A stretch of 64,000 nt of DNA, taken from contig CP129473.1 of the NCBI GenBank assembly GCA_030583745.1, positions 552,211-616,210 of the forward strand, in the 5' to 3' direction. A program made the position numbers and the translations under genes. The stretch's first letter is position 1; every line of letters starts with the position of its first letter. Under the pieces are notes generated by a model. The model worked only from the letters and a program-made list of their open reading frames with translations, searched no databases and was not told the DNA's origin. The DNA is from Minisyncoccota bacterium (lineage in GTDB: Bacteria; Patescibacteriota; Minisyncoccia; Phycocordibacterales; BOKC01). Below are positions 1 to 10,470 of this stretch, in pieces.

Positions 1-376
1 GCAAAACCCCTTTCAGTGGTTGAAGTTCGCCGTTCAACGATAATTCTCCCAAAAATAGTTTTTTGTCTGGATTAAATTTGATTTCTTCTGCGGCCAAAAG
101 GTATCCTAGGGCAATCGGCAAATCAAAAATTGGCCCTTCTTTTTTTAGGTCGGCTGGGGCCAGGGAGACAATAACTTTTTGATTTTTGGTTTTAGGTGAG
201 CTGAATCCTGTGTTTTTTATTGCAGCTGAAACACGATCTTTTGATTCTTCTACTGCTTTGTCGGGCAAACCAACAATTGAAAAAGAGTTTAAACCTTTTG
301 ATAAATCTATCTCAACACTGATAATTTTGGCTTTCAGTAAAACATTTTGGGCACTGAATACTTTTGCAAACGCCAT
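1..376 (-). CDS. ComM/YifB-family Mg-chelatase-like protein, N-terminal part only; the gene runs past the window start
   Basis: Manual minus-strand translation from the ATG at 376..374 gives MAFAKVFSAQNVLLKAKIISVEIDLSKGLNSFSIVGLPDKAVEESKDRVSAAIKNTGF..., which resembles the YifB/ComM N-terminal domain. Absent from the ORF track because the window edge truncates it. Confidence 0.6.
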   Translation of the reverse strand, partial: MAFAKVFSAQNVLLKAKIISVEIDLSKGLNSFSIVGLPDKAVEESKDRVSAAIKNTGFSSPKTKNQKVIVSLAPADLKKEGPIFDLPIALGYLLAAEEIKFNPDKKLFLGELSLNGELQPLKGVL

Positions 377-395
377 AATTATCTTTGCTTTTTAT

Positions 396-776
396 TTAGT
401 TATTCATATGCTCTTTACAAGTTTCGGCCGCAGGGTTGGCTTCCAGCCGGTCGCGCTCGATCGGCTCGCCAGAGATTTTGCAAAAACCGTAACTACCATC
501 CTCTATCTTTTTTAGGGCATTTTTGACATTGTTGAACCTGATTTCCAACTCATTTAAAATACTAGCGTTCTCTCTGTAGGCCTCATAGGCGTCTCCAACT
601 TCATTGGCGTCAGCCGAAGAAACTATAATTTCTGCCGGTCTTGCCTCCCAGTCTTCTTTGTTATCAGGGTTTATTCTTCCAACACTCTCCAATTCTTCTA
701 TTAGAATCTTTTTTTCTTCCTCAAGTTTTTGTCGGAGGTGTTCAAGGTCTAAATCGTTTCTTTTTTGCATATTCAA
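396..776 (-). CDS. DksA/TraR-family transcription factor-like protein
   Basis: 126 aa with a coiled-coil N-terminal part and a C-terminal ...GFCKISGEPIERDRLEANPAAETCKEH segment like the DksA/TraR zinc-finger region; only 2 Cys are present. Confidence 0.55.
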   Translation of the reverse strand: MNMQKRNDLDLEHLRQKLEEEKKILIEELESVGRINPDNKEDWEARPAEIIVSSADANEVGDAYEAYRENASILNELEIRFNNVKNALKKIEDGSYGFCKISGEPIERDRLEANPAAETCKEHMNN

Positions 777-1106
777 ATAATAGCATGAATTAGTCGGTGG
801 TTAGTAGTTTTTAGAAAAATTATCAAAAAAGAAAAGTAGGGACCGGTTTTGCTATATTAGGATCCTTAACGCACTAGGGGCCGGTTTTGTTACACCCCAC
901 ACAACACAATTCTTTGTCATTAAAATAAATTTTTACCAAAAATAACTCTTTACAAATAAACCACTAACCAAAAACCATTAACTCTATTTCAAACAATTTA
1001 AGACGTCCGTCCTAGATTGTTTGAAAACCAAAATAATTGAATTATTAATATCAAATGCATCAAAATCAAATTCTCAAAATTTTGTTTGTCCAAAACAGTG
1101 AAATTT

Positions 1107-2036
1107 TTATCTAACTGAAATAGTAAACCTGTTCAGAATTTCCCGAAATGCTTCTTCTCTGTCGGTGATAACCAAGTGTTGATTATCTAAGAAAGAATAC
1201 AAAACAATTGTTTCTCCGCCTCGGGCACGCAAAATTCTTAAATCGCGATTTCTGGATGTCGCGTCTTCAAAACCGCTTCTCGACTCCAAATCCTTAGCCA
1301 AGATGTCTTTAAGATCTTTTGCAACATTTTTTTCCCAAGAAAACATTCCAGCAAAGGTGTGGTCGAAAGACTCAATTTCTAAGATAACAAACGGCGAAAG
1401 GGTTTCTGTGGATACAAAACCAAAGATTGCTTTGTCGCCAAGAGCTCTTAAAAGAGATTGTGGCGCGTTTTCTGCAATTGACACAAAGTCCTTTGCGCTA
1501 ATTGGAATTTCTCCGCCCGGAGTTTTTTGAGTCAGATAAATTATGTTTATACCGCTTTGGACATCTTCTTTTTGAGAATTAATAGCAGAAATTAGCGTGT
1601 CTTTTTTTAATTCAGAAATAGAAACCACCTTTAAAGCGTCTGCGCGAATTATCGTGTCTTGTATTTGTTGTTCTGGTTTGACAGGGACTGATTTTATTAT
1701 TTTTCTCTCTCTAATCACTCTTGATATTTCCAAAGAAACAAGAATCATACCCAGGACAACTAGAAAGACCAACCCACCGATGATAATTTTTTTCATCAAG
1801 AGGGGTTCTTTTCGGAAGTTTCTTTCTTTTTTCTTCGAAGTGTTTTTTTTCTGCTCTTCTAGGTGGATTTGAGCTTTTGAAGCCTCTTTGTCTCGTATAA
1901 ATTCTGCTAAATCGCGCTCGTAAGTTCGTATCGGCTTAACAACTTTGAAATAATTTTCTTGGTTGTTGGAAACACTCGCCTCGCGATTTTGTTTTTTACT
2001 TTCTTCCGGTGTCCATTTCTGGTTTTCTAGAGTCAT
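1107..2036 (-). CDS. hypothetical membrane-anchored protein
   Basis: 309 aa with a single predicted TM helix (IIIGGLVFLVVLGMILVSL) and a Lys/Glu-rich N-terminal part. Its start overlaps the pnp 3' end by 41 nt. Confidence 0.5.
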   Translation of the reverse strand: MTLENQKWTPEESKKQNREASVSNNQENYFKVVKPIRTYERDLAEFIRDKEASKAQIHLEEQKKNTSKKKERNFRKEPLLMKKIIIGGLVFLVVLGMILVSLEISRVIRERKIIKSVPVKPEQQIQDTIIRADALKVVSISELKKDTLISAINSQKEDVQSGINIIYLTQKTPGGEIPISAKDFVSIAENAPQSLLRALGDKAIFGFVSTETLSPFVILEIESFDHTFAGMFSWEKNVAKDLKDILAKDLESRSGFEDATSRNRDLRILRARGGETIVLYSFLDNQHLVITDREEAFREILNRFTISVR

Positions 2037-4143
2037 TGTTTGATAATTTGTTTTTTATGAAATCCGGATCAGCTTCTTTCAGTGAAAGCTTTATCCTGTC
2101 TCTTTCGTCAATCTCTTTAATTATAACAGGTATTTTTTCTCCTAGACTTAAAACTTTTTCTATTCTTTCAATTCTTGTCGGCGCGATTTCCGAAATATGT
2201 AATAAGCCCTCGGCGTTTACTCCAATCTTTACGAAAGCCCCGAACTCAACGATTTTTGTTATTTCGCCAATATATTTTTCCCCAGCTTTATATTCTTTTG
2301 TCATTTCCCTAACAATAATTGCGGCTTTTTCAGCCCCGCCGTTTTTGCCGGTGATGAAGACACTACCGTCGTCCTCAATGTCAATTTCCGTCTCGGTAGC
2401 TTCTCTGATTTGGTTTATGGTTTTGCCGCCAGAGCCGATGACTAGTCCAATTTGATCCGGCTTTATTTTGACTATGACAATTTCCGGAGCATTTGGTGAA
2501 ATTTTTTCACGAGGTTTAATAATTTCACTTTCTATTTTGTCTAAGATTTGCAATCTCGCTTCTTTACCCTTTTGGAGTGCTTCTATCAGAATCTTGAGTG
2601 GTACACCGTGGACTTTGACGTCCATCTGAACGGCTGTGATCCCTTCTCGCGTGCCGGCAACTTTGAAATCCATATCCCCATGATGGTCTTCTGGGCCTTG
2701 AATATCGGTCAGGATTTTATACTTTTCTTCATTTTCCATCATAAGTCCGACTGCGATGCCGGCCACCGGTCTTTTTATTGGAACTCCGCCGTCCATTAAG
2801 GCCAAAGTGCCGGCGCAGACTGAAGCCATTGAGGTTGAGCCGTTGGAAGCAAAGCATTCCGAGACCAGACGAATCGTGTAAGGAAAATCTTCTTTGCTCG
2901 GCAAGACGGCAGACAAAGCTTTTTCTGCCAAAGCGCCGTGGCCGATCATTCGTCGGTTAAAACCGCCAACTCGTCCGGTTTCGCCTGTTGAAAATGGCGG
3001 GAAGTTGTAGTGATGCATAAATCTTTTCTGGGATTGGAATTCCATGGCATCTATTATCTGCGAGTCGCTTGGCCCGCCGAGCGTCAAAGCCGAGAAAACA
3101 TGCGTTCCGCCTCGGTAGAAAATTCCTGATCCGTGGAGAATTGGTGAAATTCCTCCGGCCTTAGCAAAAATCGGCCGGATTTCATCAAGTTTTCTACCAT
3201 CAGCTCGTTTTTCTTTTTCAATTGCCTCTTTGTGGATAAGTTCGTTGGTTTTTTCTTCGTAATATTCTTTGGCCAAATTAATATCAATTCCTGGCGCTTC
3301 TTTAACAAAAGTTTCAATCCATATTTCTCCTAGTTCGGAGATTTTTTCCTTAGAACCGCTAAAAAGATATTCCGACATTTTTTCTTTGATATGTTTGTCA
3401 AAAACTTCAGTCAATTCTTTTGGAAATTCGGCTTTTTCCACCAACATTTTTTCTTGGCCGATTTCTTTTATGATATTTTTTTGAAATTCTTGGAGTTTAT
3501 TGATTTCTGTCAAAGCTAGCTCAAAAGCTTCGGCGAGTTCGCCTTCTTTTATCTCTAATGCTCCAACCTCAATCATATTTATGCTGTTTTCTTTTCCACA
3601 ACAGAGAATATCAGCGATAGAATTTTCCTCGCGCTCTTTATAAGTCGGATTTACCTTTAAGCGAGAATCGTCTTGGTTTTTGCCGATTCTGACAGCGCTG
3701 ACTGGCCCGTTCCACGGAACTTTTGAGGTGCCCAAAGCCAAAGAGGCACCAATAACTGCTAAAACATCCGGATCGTATTCGCCGAGCGACAAAACGGTGA
3801 TGATGACTTGAACTTCGTGTCGAATATGTTGTTCAAACAGCGGTCTTATGGTTCTATCAACTATTCTGCCGGATAGGATCGCTTCTTCAGTTGGTCTCCC
3901 CTCTCTTTTGTTAAAACGTCCGCCTAGAATTTTGCCGACAGCGTAGAATTTTTCTTCAAAATCAACGGTTAAAGGGAAAAAATCTATGTTGTCTTTGGGG
4001 TATTTTGAGATTACGGATGTTGCCAGAATTACGGTGTCACCCATTCGTACCATTACCGAACCATTGGCTTGATCGGCCAAATTATTGAATTCAACTGATA
4101 GCTTTTGACCGGCGAGATCAAGCTCGTATTCTTTTTTGTCCAT
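1996..4143 (-). CDS. pnp: polynucleotide phosphorylase (PNPase)
   Basis: 715 aa with two RNase PH-like domains followed by KH and S1 C-terminal domains (GEKYIGEITKIVEFGAFVKI...). Confidence 0.9.
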   Translation of the reverse strand: MDKKEYELDLAGQKLSVEFNNLADQANGSVMVRMGDTVILATSVISKYPKDNIDFFPLTVDFEEKFYAVGKILGGRFNKREGRPTEEAILSGRIVDRTIRPLFEQHIRHEVQVIITVLSLGEYDPDVLAVIGASLALGTSKVPWNGPVSAVRIGKNQDDSRLKVNPTYKEREENSIADILCCGKENSINMIEVGALEIKEGELAEAFELALTEINKLQEFQKNIIKEIGQEKMLVEKAEFPKELTEVFDKHIKEKMSEYLFSGSKEKISELGEIWIETFVKEAPGIDINLAKEYYEEKTNELIHKEAIEKEKRADGRKLDEIRPIFAKAGGISPILHGSGIFYRGGTHVFSALTLGGPSDSQIIDAMEFQSQKRFMHHYNFPPFSTGETGRVGGFNRRMIGHGALAEKALSAVLPSKEDFPYTIRLVSECFASNGSTSMASVCAGTLALMDGGVPIKRPVAGIAVGLMMENEEKYKILTDIQGPEDHHGDMDFKVAGTREGITAVQMDVKVHGVPLKILIEALQKGKEARLQILDKIESEIIKPREKISPNAPEIVIVKIKPDQIGLVIGSGGKTINQIREATETEIDIEDDGSVFITGKNGGAEKAAIIVREMTKEYKAGEKYIGEITKIVEFGAFVKIGVNAEGLLHISEIAPTRIERIEKVLSLGEKIPVIIKEIDERDRIKLSLKEADPDFIKNKLSNNDSRKPEMDTGRK

Positions 4144-4351
4144 TTTCTTAACTCGCCTTCGGATTCTAGTTAGAAACCTGAAAGGGGTTTCTCCCTATCA
4201 CCGAAGACCAGTAATTATGAGTAATAAGAAAAATATAACAGATTATCCACTTTTCTGCCATTTTCAAAACCGTTTTTGTATTTTTTGTTATAATAAGATT
4301 GTTATTAATTAAAAACGGTCGATTAAATTTTATCAGCTACTTTTACAAAAA

Positions 4352-4606
4352 ATGAAAAATAGCGCTTTAAATTGGATTGTCTGGATTTTGTTGGTTGTCG
4401 GTGGTCTTAATTGGGGTTTGGTTGGCCTCGGTTCTTTCATGGGTGGCAACTGGAATGTCGTCAACTGGATTTTCGGTTCATGGCCACTTGTTGAGGGCTT
4501 GGTTTATGTTTTGGTCGGTCTTGCTGCAGTTCTTTTTGTTTTCAGCGGCCGATGTCGTACCTGCATGCCGAAAGGTTCCCAAGGCGGATCTGCTCCGATG
4601 GCTTAG
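4352..4606 (+). CDS. DUF378-family small membrane protein
   Basis: 84 aa; the VGGLNWGLVG motif is typical of DUF378; two TM helices. Confidence 0.6.
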   Translation: MKNSALNWIVWILLVVGGLNWGLVGLGSFMGGNWNVVNWIFGSWPLVEGLVYVLVGLAAVLFVFSGRCRTCMPKGSQGGSAPMA

Positions 4607-4700
4607 TTTTACTTGAATTTCAGCCGTAGTTGATCCGAACTCCGATTCGTTTTTTTGGGTCGGGGTTCGGCGACACGGTATTTTTTACGCTTAATACTTT

Positions 4701-5903
4701 ATGTTGGAAAAAATTTCCAACCTGTCTTTTAAAAAGGAAGATGGCGGAAGCGACATCTTAGAGATTTTGATAAAAGAAGCTTTTGAGTTGAATGCTTCAG
4801 ACATCCACATTGATCCGACAAGTACCTATTTGAATATTCGTTTCAGAATAGATGGTGGCTTATACAGACTACCCTCTGTTGATTTGGAAAAACATTCTGA
4901 AATCATTTCTAGAATTAAGATTTTGGCTGGTTTGCGGATTGACGAAAGAAGAAAGGCGCAAGATGGGCGGATGCGCTTGGAATTTCCAGGTGGTAAATTT
5001 GTTGATATCCGAATTTCAATGGTCCCCTCTTTTCACGGTGAGAGTGCTGTTTTAAGAATGCTCTATGATCGGGACGAGGCAATGAATCTTTCCTTTTTAG
5101 GTTTTGGAGACGAGAATCTTTTAAAAATAGAGAGGGCGATAAAGAAGACTGGGGGTATGATTTTATCAACGGGTCCGACTGGTTCGGGGAAAACCACCAC
5201 CTTATATTCCATACTTAAGGTCTTGAATAGAGAAGATGTTTCAATCGTTACTATAGAGGAACCGGTTGAATATTCTATCCCAAATATAAGGCAGATTCAG
5301 GTTGATTACGGTTGCCAATTAAATTTTGCCAATGGTCTGCGCTCTATTTTGCGGCAAGACCCAAATATAATAATGGTTGGTGAAATTCGTGATAAAGAAA
5401 CTGCCCAAATTGCTGTTAACGCAGCCCTTACTGGTCACCTCTTACTCTCAACTTTGCACACCAACGACTCCGTGGCCACCTTGCCACGGCTCATTGATAT
5501 GGGCGTTGAACCTTTTCTCTTGGCGTCAACTTTTAATTTGGCAATCAACCAAAGACTTGTCAAAAAGATTTGTCAAAATTGTAAAGCTGAAATGGAGATA
5601 AAAGATAAACAAAAGCGCTCGCTTGAGGAACTTTTGGGTCAAGCTTTACCCGACTCACCCTTTTACAAGGGTTTAGGATGTGAAATGTGCCACAAAAGCG
5701 GATATTCTGGTCGGACTTTGGTTGCAGAAGTTTTAAGCGTGGATGAAGAAATTCGCCGGCTTGTTATCGATAAAAAATCAGCCGGGGAAATCAGGCGAAT
5801 AGCGATAAAAAACGGGATGACACCACTACTTCACGATGGAATTTTAAAAGCTTCTCTTGGTATCACTACATTAGAAGAGGCTTTGCGTGTTGGTTATGAA
5901 TAA
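4701..5903 (+). CDS. pilB: GspE/PilB-family type IV pilus / T2SS assembly ATPase, short form lacking the N-terminal GSPII_E_N domain
   Basis: Walker A GPTGSGKTTTLYS, Asp/His boxes, and a tetracysteine motif (CQNC...CEMC) typical of PilB/GspE rather than PilT. Confidence 0.85.
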   Translation: MLEKISNLSFKKEDGGSDILEILIKEAFELNASDIHIDPTSTYLNIRFRIDGGLYRLPSVDLEKHSEIISRIKILAGLRIDERRKAQDGRMRLEFPGGKFVDIRISMVPSFHGESAVLRMLYDRDEAMNLSFLGFGDENLLKIERAIKKTGGMILSTGPTGSGKTTTLYSILKVLNREDVSIVTIEEPVEYSIPNIRQIQVDYGCQLNFANGLRSILRQDPNIIMVGEIRDKETAQIAVNAALTGHLLLSTLHTNDSVATLPRLIDMGVEPFLLASTFNLAINQRLVKKICQNCKAEMEIKDKQKRSLEELLGQALPDSPFYKGLGCEMCHKSGYSGRTLVAEVLSVDEEIRRLVIDKKSAGEIRRIAIKNGMTPLLHDGILKASLGITTLEEALRVGYE

Positions 5904-6990
5904 AATCTTTGATAAGTTAATAAATTTTAAAAAGATTCGTCGGCAAAAAATCAAAATCAGTTTGCCAGAGCAAATTAGTTTCGCCAGTCGACTTTCCTAT
6001 CTTCTGGATTCCGGAATTCCAATTTTAGAATCTATCAGAATTCTTGAAGTCAAAACTAAAAGTAAGCGGGTTAAAGATTTTTATAAAAAGATTTCCGAAG
6101 AAATCTCTTTGGGTCGGTCTTTGTCGCAAAGCTTGAGGCCGTATTTTGACGGCTTTGCTTTGAGTGTTATAGAGATTGGTCAGCAGGGCGGGTTTCTGGG
6201 CAGTAATTTGAAATATTTGGCGGAGGAGTTAAAAAAGAAAAAAGAATTGCGGAAAGGGGCGATTCAAGCCCTCGTTTACCCTTCTTTTATCGCTCTTTCA
6301 ACCTTGGGAATCATTATTTTTTTGTCAATGTATATTTTCCCAAAAATTCTACCTGTTATTTCCGGGCTCAATATAAAATTACCGCTTAGTACTCGTGCTG
6401 TTATATTTTTTAGTGATTTTTTAAGTCAGACATGGTTTTACTTCCTGATTCTTATTGTGCTTTTCACAACTCTGTTTTTTTGGGTGCTCAAAAAAAACGA
6501 TAAGTTTAAGTTTTTTGTCCACAAAAAGATTTTTCGAATCCCTTTTTGGGGTGGAATTTACCGAGACTGTCTGCTGGCAGGTTTCTGCCGAACTTTTGGA
6601 ATGTTGCTACAGGCCGGTCTATCTGTGGATCGGGCGCTGGAGATTTCTGAATCGGCTACTAGCAATCTTTTTCTTCAGTCAAAAATTTGTGAAATTCGTT
6701 CTGGTGTTTGTCGTGGTGTCAGTCTCTCTAGCTTTCTGTTTGCCGATAGCAAATTTTTTCCTTCCGATATTTCCGAGATGTCAGCGGTTGGCGAGAGAAC
6801 CGGAAATCTAGCATCGGTTTTTATCAGTCTTGGCGATTTCTATAGCGAACAGTTTTCCGACCAAATAAAAAGAATTTCTTCGGTGATAGAGCCGGGACTA
6901 CTTGTTGTCGCCGGTCTTTTGGTCGGTTTTGTTGCTGTCTCAATAATTTCACCTGTCTATGAAATCACAAAAAGTTTCCACCAAAGGTAA
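5887..6990 (+). CDS. pilC: PilC/GspF-family type IV pilus platform protein
   Basis: 367 aa polytopic membrane protein with duplicated GspF-like domains; it directly follows the ATPase gene. Confidence 0.8.
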   Translation: MLVMNKIFDKLINFKKIRRQKIKISLPEQISFASRLSYLLDSGIPILESIRILEVKTKSKRVKDFYKKISEEISLGRSLSQSLRPYFDGFALSVIEIGQQGGFLGSNLKYLAEELKKKKELRKGAIQALVYPSFIALSTLGIIIFLSMYIFPKILPVISGLNIKLPLSTRAVIFFSDFLSQTWFYFLILIVLFTTLFFWVLKKNDKFKFFVHKKIFRIPFWGGIYRDCLLAGFCRTFGMLLQAGLSVDRALEISESATSNLFLQSKICEIRSGVCRGVSLSSFLFADSKFFPSDISEMSAVGERTGNLASVFISLGDFYSEQFSDQIKRISSVIEPGLLVVAGLLVGFVAVSIISPVYEITKSFHQR

Positions 6991-7435
6991 TACTTTGCGC
7001 CTTGCCGGATTTTCAATCGCAGAAATTTTAATCGCTCTTTCAATTTTCTCTTTGGTCTTGTCTGGCGGGTTTTTTCTTAATCTAGACATGTTTACTGTTG
7101 GAAATTTTTTGGCGGAAGAAAAAGTTTTACGCGCTCTGTTAAAAGAGTCTCGAAGTCGAGCTCTGGCAAACTTTAATGAAATTTCTCACGGAGTCTTTGT
7201 TGGGTCTGATAAATTTTTCATTTTTGCTGGTGAAGACTTTTCCAATTCTGAAGTTTTGGAAGAATTTAACAGAAATAAAAAAGTGAAAATCACTCTTGAT
7301 GAAGAAGAAAATTTTGAAATAGTTTTTGAAAAACGTTCGGCGCGAGTAAAAGAAAAGAAAGAAATCATGATTTCTGACGGAGCGCGTAAAAGTTTTATTT
7401 TTATTGGTCTTGAGGGAGAGATTAAATTGCGATGA
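6959..7435 (+). CDS. prepilin-type (pseudopilin) protein
   Basis: N-terminal LAGFSIAEILIAL prepilin cleavage/methylation motif (G-F-x-x-x-E). Confidence 0.7.
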   Translation: MKSQKVSTKGNTLRLAGFSIAEILIALSIFSLVLSGGFFLNLDMFTVGNFLAEEKVLRALLKESRSRALANFNEISHGVFVGSDKFFIFAGEDFSNSEVLEEFNRNKKVKITLDEEENFEIVFEKRSARVKEKKEIMISDGARKSFIFIGLEGEIKLR

Positions 7436-8835
7436 GTTTTAGAAATAAGAATGTGAAAAGTTCTGGTTTTAGTATTTTTGAAATTCTCATCGCTCTTTTT
7501 ATTTTTGCTTCAACCGTAGCGGCAGTTTTTGTTTTGATGTTTGGCAATCAGCTAGCGGTCATTAAAGCCGGAGTTTTTCAGGAACTTTTGGCGCGCTCAC
7601 AGTTTGCGCTTGAGAGAGCTAAAGCCGACGCCGTTTTAGATTTTGAAGAAGTCTCATCTTGGAAACAAACAAAAGACGGGTTTGAAACGGAAAGAGAAGT
7701 TTCTTTGTTTTATGAGCACACAAAAGCTATTAAGACCACCACCTCTTCTCTCACAGATAAAAACTCTCGCCCCTCTGTTTTGTCAGTTTTAGTTTCAGAT
7801 TGGCAGAGCAGTATCGGACAATCAACTTGTTACAGAAAATTACCGCCAGCAAAAAAATATAAAATTCTTGGAGAAGCGTTCTCACTGCCAGGATCAACGT
7901 CTGCGTCAGGCGTGGATGTCTCTTACGGCCTTGCTTATGTCACCCTGGAGTCTGGCGCTGGCAACAATTTTTTAATTGTTGATGTGAGAGATCCAAGCGA
8001 TCCTTTTTTGTTTGAATCTTTGGCAACAGGACTAAGGTTGAATTTTCTACGTTCTGCTTCCGGCTTTGTCTTTCTCGCCGCCCATTCGCTTGCTTCTCAA
8101 TTACAAGTAATAAATTTGTCGGATTCGTCTATCTCTAATTTTAAAATTAGGTCAGACGATCCTGAAATCAAAGACCCCGGTCAAGGTGTGAGCTTACACT
8201 ATTCAAAAAATAAAATTTATTTAGGAACGGCGGCGTCTGAAAATTACGGACCGGAATTTCATATTCTGGACGTGAAAGACCCCCTGAATCCGAATCTAGT
8301 TTGGTCTTGGGACATAGGCAGTCGAGTTAATGACATTGTTGTGAAGAATAACTTTGCTTTTTTGGCCTCGGTCAATCCGCACCCGTTAAGAATCGTTGAT
8401 TTGAATAGCCCGCAATCCGAACCGATTAAGATTTCGGTCGATTCTTCCAGCAACCCTAATCATTCCGGACAAAAATTATTTTTATTAGACGATCTTCTGG
8501 TATTAGGTCGATCTGTTTTAAATCCAAATGACGATTACAATGAGCTTTTGGTTTTTAATATGAAACAGCCAGAATCGCCTGAATTTATTACTGGATTATC
8601 AATCAAAGAGAGTGTGCGAGACTTAATTTTCAGAGAAGGTTTGATTATTGCAGTAACAACTTTTGACAATGAAAACAAAATTAGGTTTTTTGATTTCCAA
8701 GACGGTGTTTTGGATGAAAATTCTTTTAATATAGAACTACCGGGGAAACCGACTTCCTTGGATTGTGAAGATGACATTTTTTATGTTGTGACAGAACAGC
8801 CAAGTAAATTAGTAATAATCGCGCCGGAAAAGTAA
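7432..8835 (+). CDS. large prepilin-motif protein with a beta-propeller-like C-terminal region (possible pilus tip/minor pilin)
   Basis: N-terminal SSGFSIFEILIAL motif; 467 aa; repeated hydrophobic blades (LIVDV..., LVLGRSV...). Confidence 0.6.
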   Translation: MSFRNKNVKSSGFSIFEILIALFIFASTVAAVFVLMFGNQLAVIKAGVFQELLARSQFALERAKADAVLDFEEVSSWKQTKDGFETEREVSLFYEHTKAIKTTTSSLTDKNSRPSVLSVLVSDWQSSIGQSTCYRKLPPAKKYKILGEAFSLPGSTSASGVDVSYGLAYVTLESGAGNNFLIVDVRDPSDPFLFESLATGLRLNFLRSASGFVFLAAHSLASQLQVINLSDSSISNFKIRSDDPEIKDPGQGVSLHYSKNKIYLGTAASENYGPEFHILDVKDPLNPNLVWSWDIGSRVNDIVVKNNFAFLASVNPHPLRIVDLNSPQSEPIKISVDSSSNPNHSGQKLFLLDDLLVLGRSVLNPNDDYNELLVFNMKQPESPEFITGLSIKESVRDLIFREGLIIAVTTFDNENKIRFFDFQDGVLDENSFNIELPGKPTSLDCEDDIFYVVTEQPSKLVIIAPEK

Positions 8836-9317
8836 TGAAACGAACAATTAGAAATAATGACGGATTTCTTTTACTAGAAGCAGTTATCTATTTGGCGCTC
8901 TTTTTGGTTTTTGTTGGAGGAGTCGCTTCCAGTTTTTACCACTTATCTTTTTCAGACCAAGATTTATCAGAAGAAGTGTTGGTCATTGACGAAGCCGAAT
9001 TTGTTTTGAAAAAAATAAATTGGCTTTTGTCCGACACCTCCAAAGTTCTTAAGCCAGCGTCTGGTGAAACGACTGAATATCTTTTGATAAAGGATGAATT
9101 TGAAAAGACTACAAAAATTTTTCTAGACAACGGATTGGTTGTTATGGAAGTTGATGAAGAAGAAATTTTTTTGCATGACGAAAAAGTGGTTTTTGAGAAT
9201 TTGAGATTTTTTAATCATTCCGATGTGCCAGTTCAAAATTTTTTAGTCGAGACCAGTTTTATGGTCGGAGGTCGACAGTTTCAATCAGCTCGTTTTGGTT
9301 ATGAAAAAACAAATTAG
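8835..9317 (+). CDS. prepilin-type (pseudopilin) protein
   Basis: N-terminal NDGFLLLEAVIYLALF motif. Confidence 0.6.
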   Translation: MKRTIRNNDGFLLLEAVIYLALFLVFVGGVASSFYHLSFSDQDLSEEVLVIDEAEFVLKKINWLLSDTSKVLKPASGETTEYLLIKDEFEKTTKIFLDNGLVVMEVDEEEIFLHDEKVVFENLRFFNHSDVPVQNFLVETSFMVGGRQFQSARFGYEKTN

Positions 9318-9708
9318 AAAGAAAAAAACCGAAGGATACGCAGCGCTTTTGGCAGTGGTTATAATTTCTTTTATGGCCTTTACCGCGGTTTCTTCTTCGT
9401 CACTTGAAGGTATTAAAAGTTTTTTCGGAGTTTTGGACAGAGAGAGTAAAGAAATCGGATTCAATTTAGCACTCTCTTGTTTTGACCAAGCGGTTTTGCG
9501 GGTTGTTCAAAATCCGAATTGGCAACCAAGTTCTACTTCCGAAGAATTGTTTTTAGATGGTGGGACGTGTTTGATAAAAGAAATTAGTTTTTTAGATAAT
9601 CAGAATTTTAAAGTTATGACCGAAGCCAAAGTTGGCAAAACCCACACTTCCTTAACCGGAGTTTTTGATTTGTTAAATTTTGAAATTATTTCTTTAAAAG
9701 AAATCTAA
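9295..9708 (+). CDS. pilin-like / PilX-like protein with a non-canonical N-terminus
   Basis: N-terminal TEGYAALLAVVIISF hydrophobic segment after a basic leader; it lies in the pilus operon. Confidence 0.45.
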   Translation: MVMKKQIRKKKTEGYAALLAVVIISFMAFTAVSSSSLEGIKSFFGVLDRESKEIGFNLALSCFDQAVLRVVQNPNWQPSSTSEELFLDGGTCLIKEISFLDNQNFKVMTEAKVGKTHTSLTGVFDLLNFEIISLKEI

Positions 9709-9712
9709 ATTT

Positions 9713-10414
9713 TCAGTTTAAAAGAATCTTAGCGGTGATACTGATAGCGGCAGTTTCAGTCCGCAAAATCTGATTGCCAAGCGAATAGACTGGGATATCG
9801 TTATTTTTAAAACTCTCAATTTCTTTTTGTGCGAAACCGCCTTCCGGGCCGATGAAAACACCAGCTTTGTTAAATCGGATTTTTTCTAATGAAAATTTCT
9901 CACCTCTTGGGTCAAGGGCGAAGTAAAAAATATCAGAAGCTCTATTTTTTATCACCTCACTTAAAATTCTCGGTTCACTGATTTCTGCCAACATATTTTT
10001 GCCTGATTGCTCCGCCGCTTCTTTTATTATTTTTCGGCTTCTTTCCAAATTGATTTTTTGTTTGATACTCCTTTCAGAAATTATCGGCGAGAATTTTTTA
10101 ACACCCAGCTCAACTCCCTTCTCCAGAATCCACTCAAATCGATCTTTTTTAATAAAAGCTGGGAAAAGTTCAAGTTCAAACTTTATGCTTTGTTCCACTT
10201 TTCTTTTTTCAACGACTGAAAATTTCGCGCCATCTTTACTAAGATTTTCTATAACACACTGAAATTCAAAATCACCGCCGTCAAAGAGAATGACTGAACC
10301 GCCAGTTTTTAGTCGCAGAACATTTTTCCATTGATTTATCAGATTCTTTTCTTTCACGACTATTTCCTGCTTCTCGTTTATTTTTTGTTCTATAAAAAAG
10401 CGATGGACTTTCAT
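9713..10414 (-). CDS. rsmE: 16S rRNA (uracil1498-N3)-methyltransferase RsmE
   Basis: 233 aa with RsmE-family motifs IGPEGGF and LRTETA near the C-terminus. Confidence 0.8.
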   Translation of the reverse strand: MKVHRFFIEQKINEKQEIVVKEKNLINQWKNVLRLKTGGSVILFDGGDFEFQCVIENLSKDGAKFSVVEKRKVEQSIKFELELFPAFIKKDRFEWILEKGVELGVKKFSPIISERSIKQKINLERSRKIIKEAAEQSGKNMLAEISEPRILSEVIKNRASDIFYFALDPRGEKFSLEKIRFNKAGVFIGPEGGFAQKEIESFKNNDIPVYSLGNQILRTETAAISITAKILLN

Positions 10415-10470
10415 GGGAATTTTTGATAAATTTCAAACATTATAATAATTGTAGATTCCATAAAAACAAA

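Noticed and set aside
1303-1872. Small plus-strand ORFs 1303..1530, 1597..1872, 2009..2455 and similar short ORFs antisense to pnp, fusA, tuf and others
   Set aside because: They lie fully inside longer, functionally identified genes on the opposite strand or in another frame, with no ribosome-binding sites.
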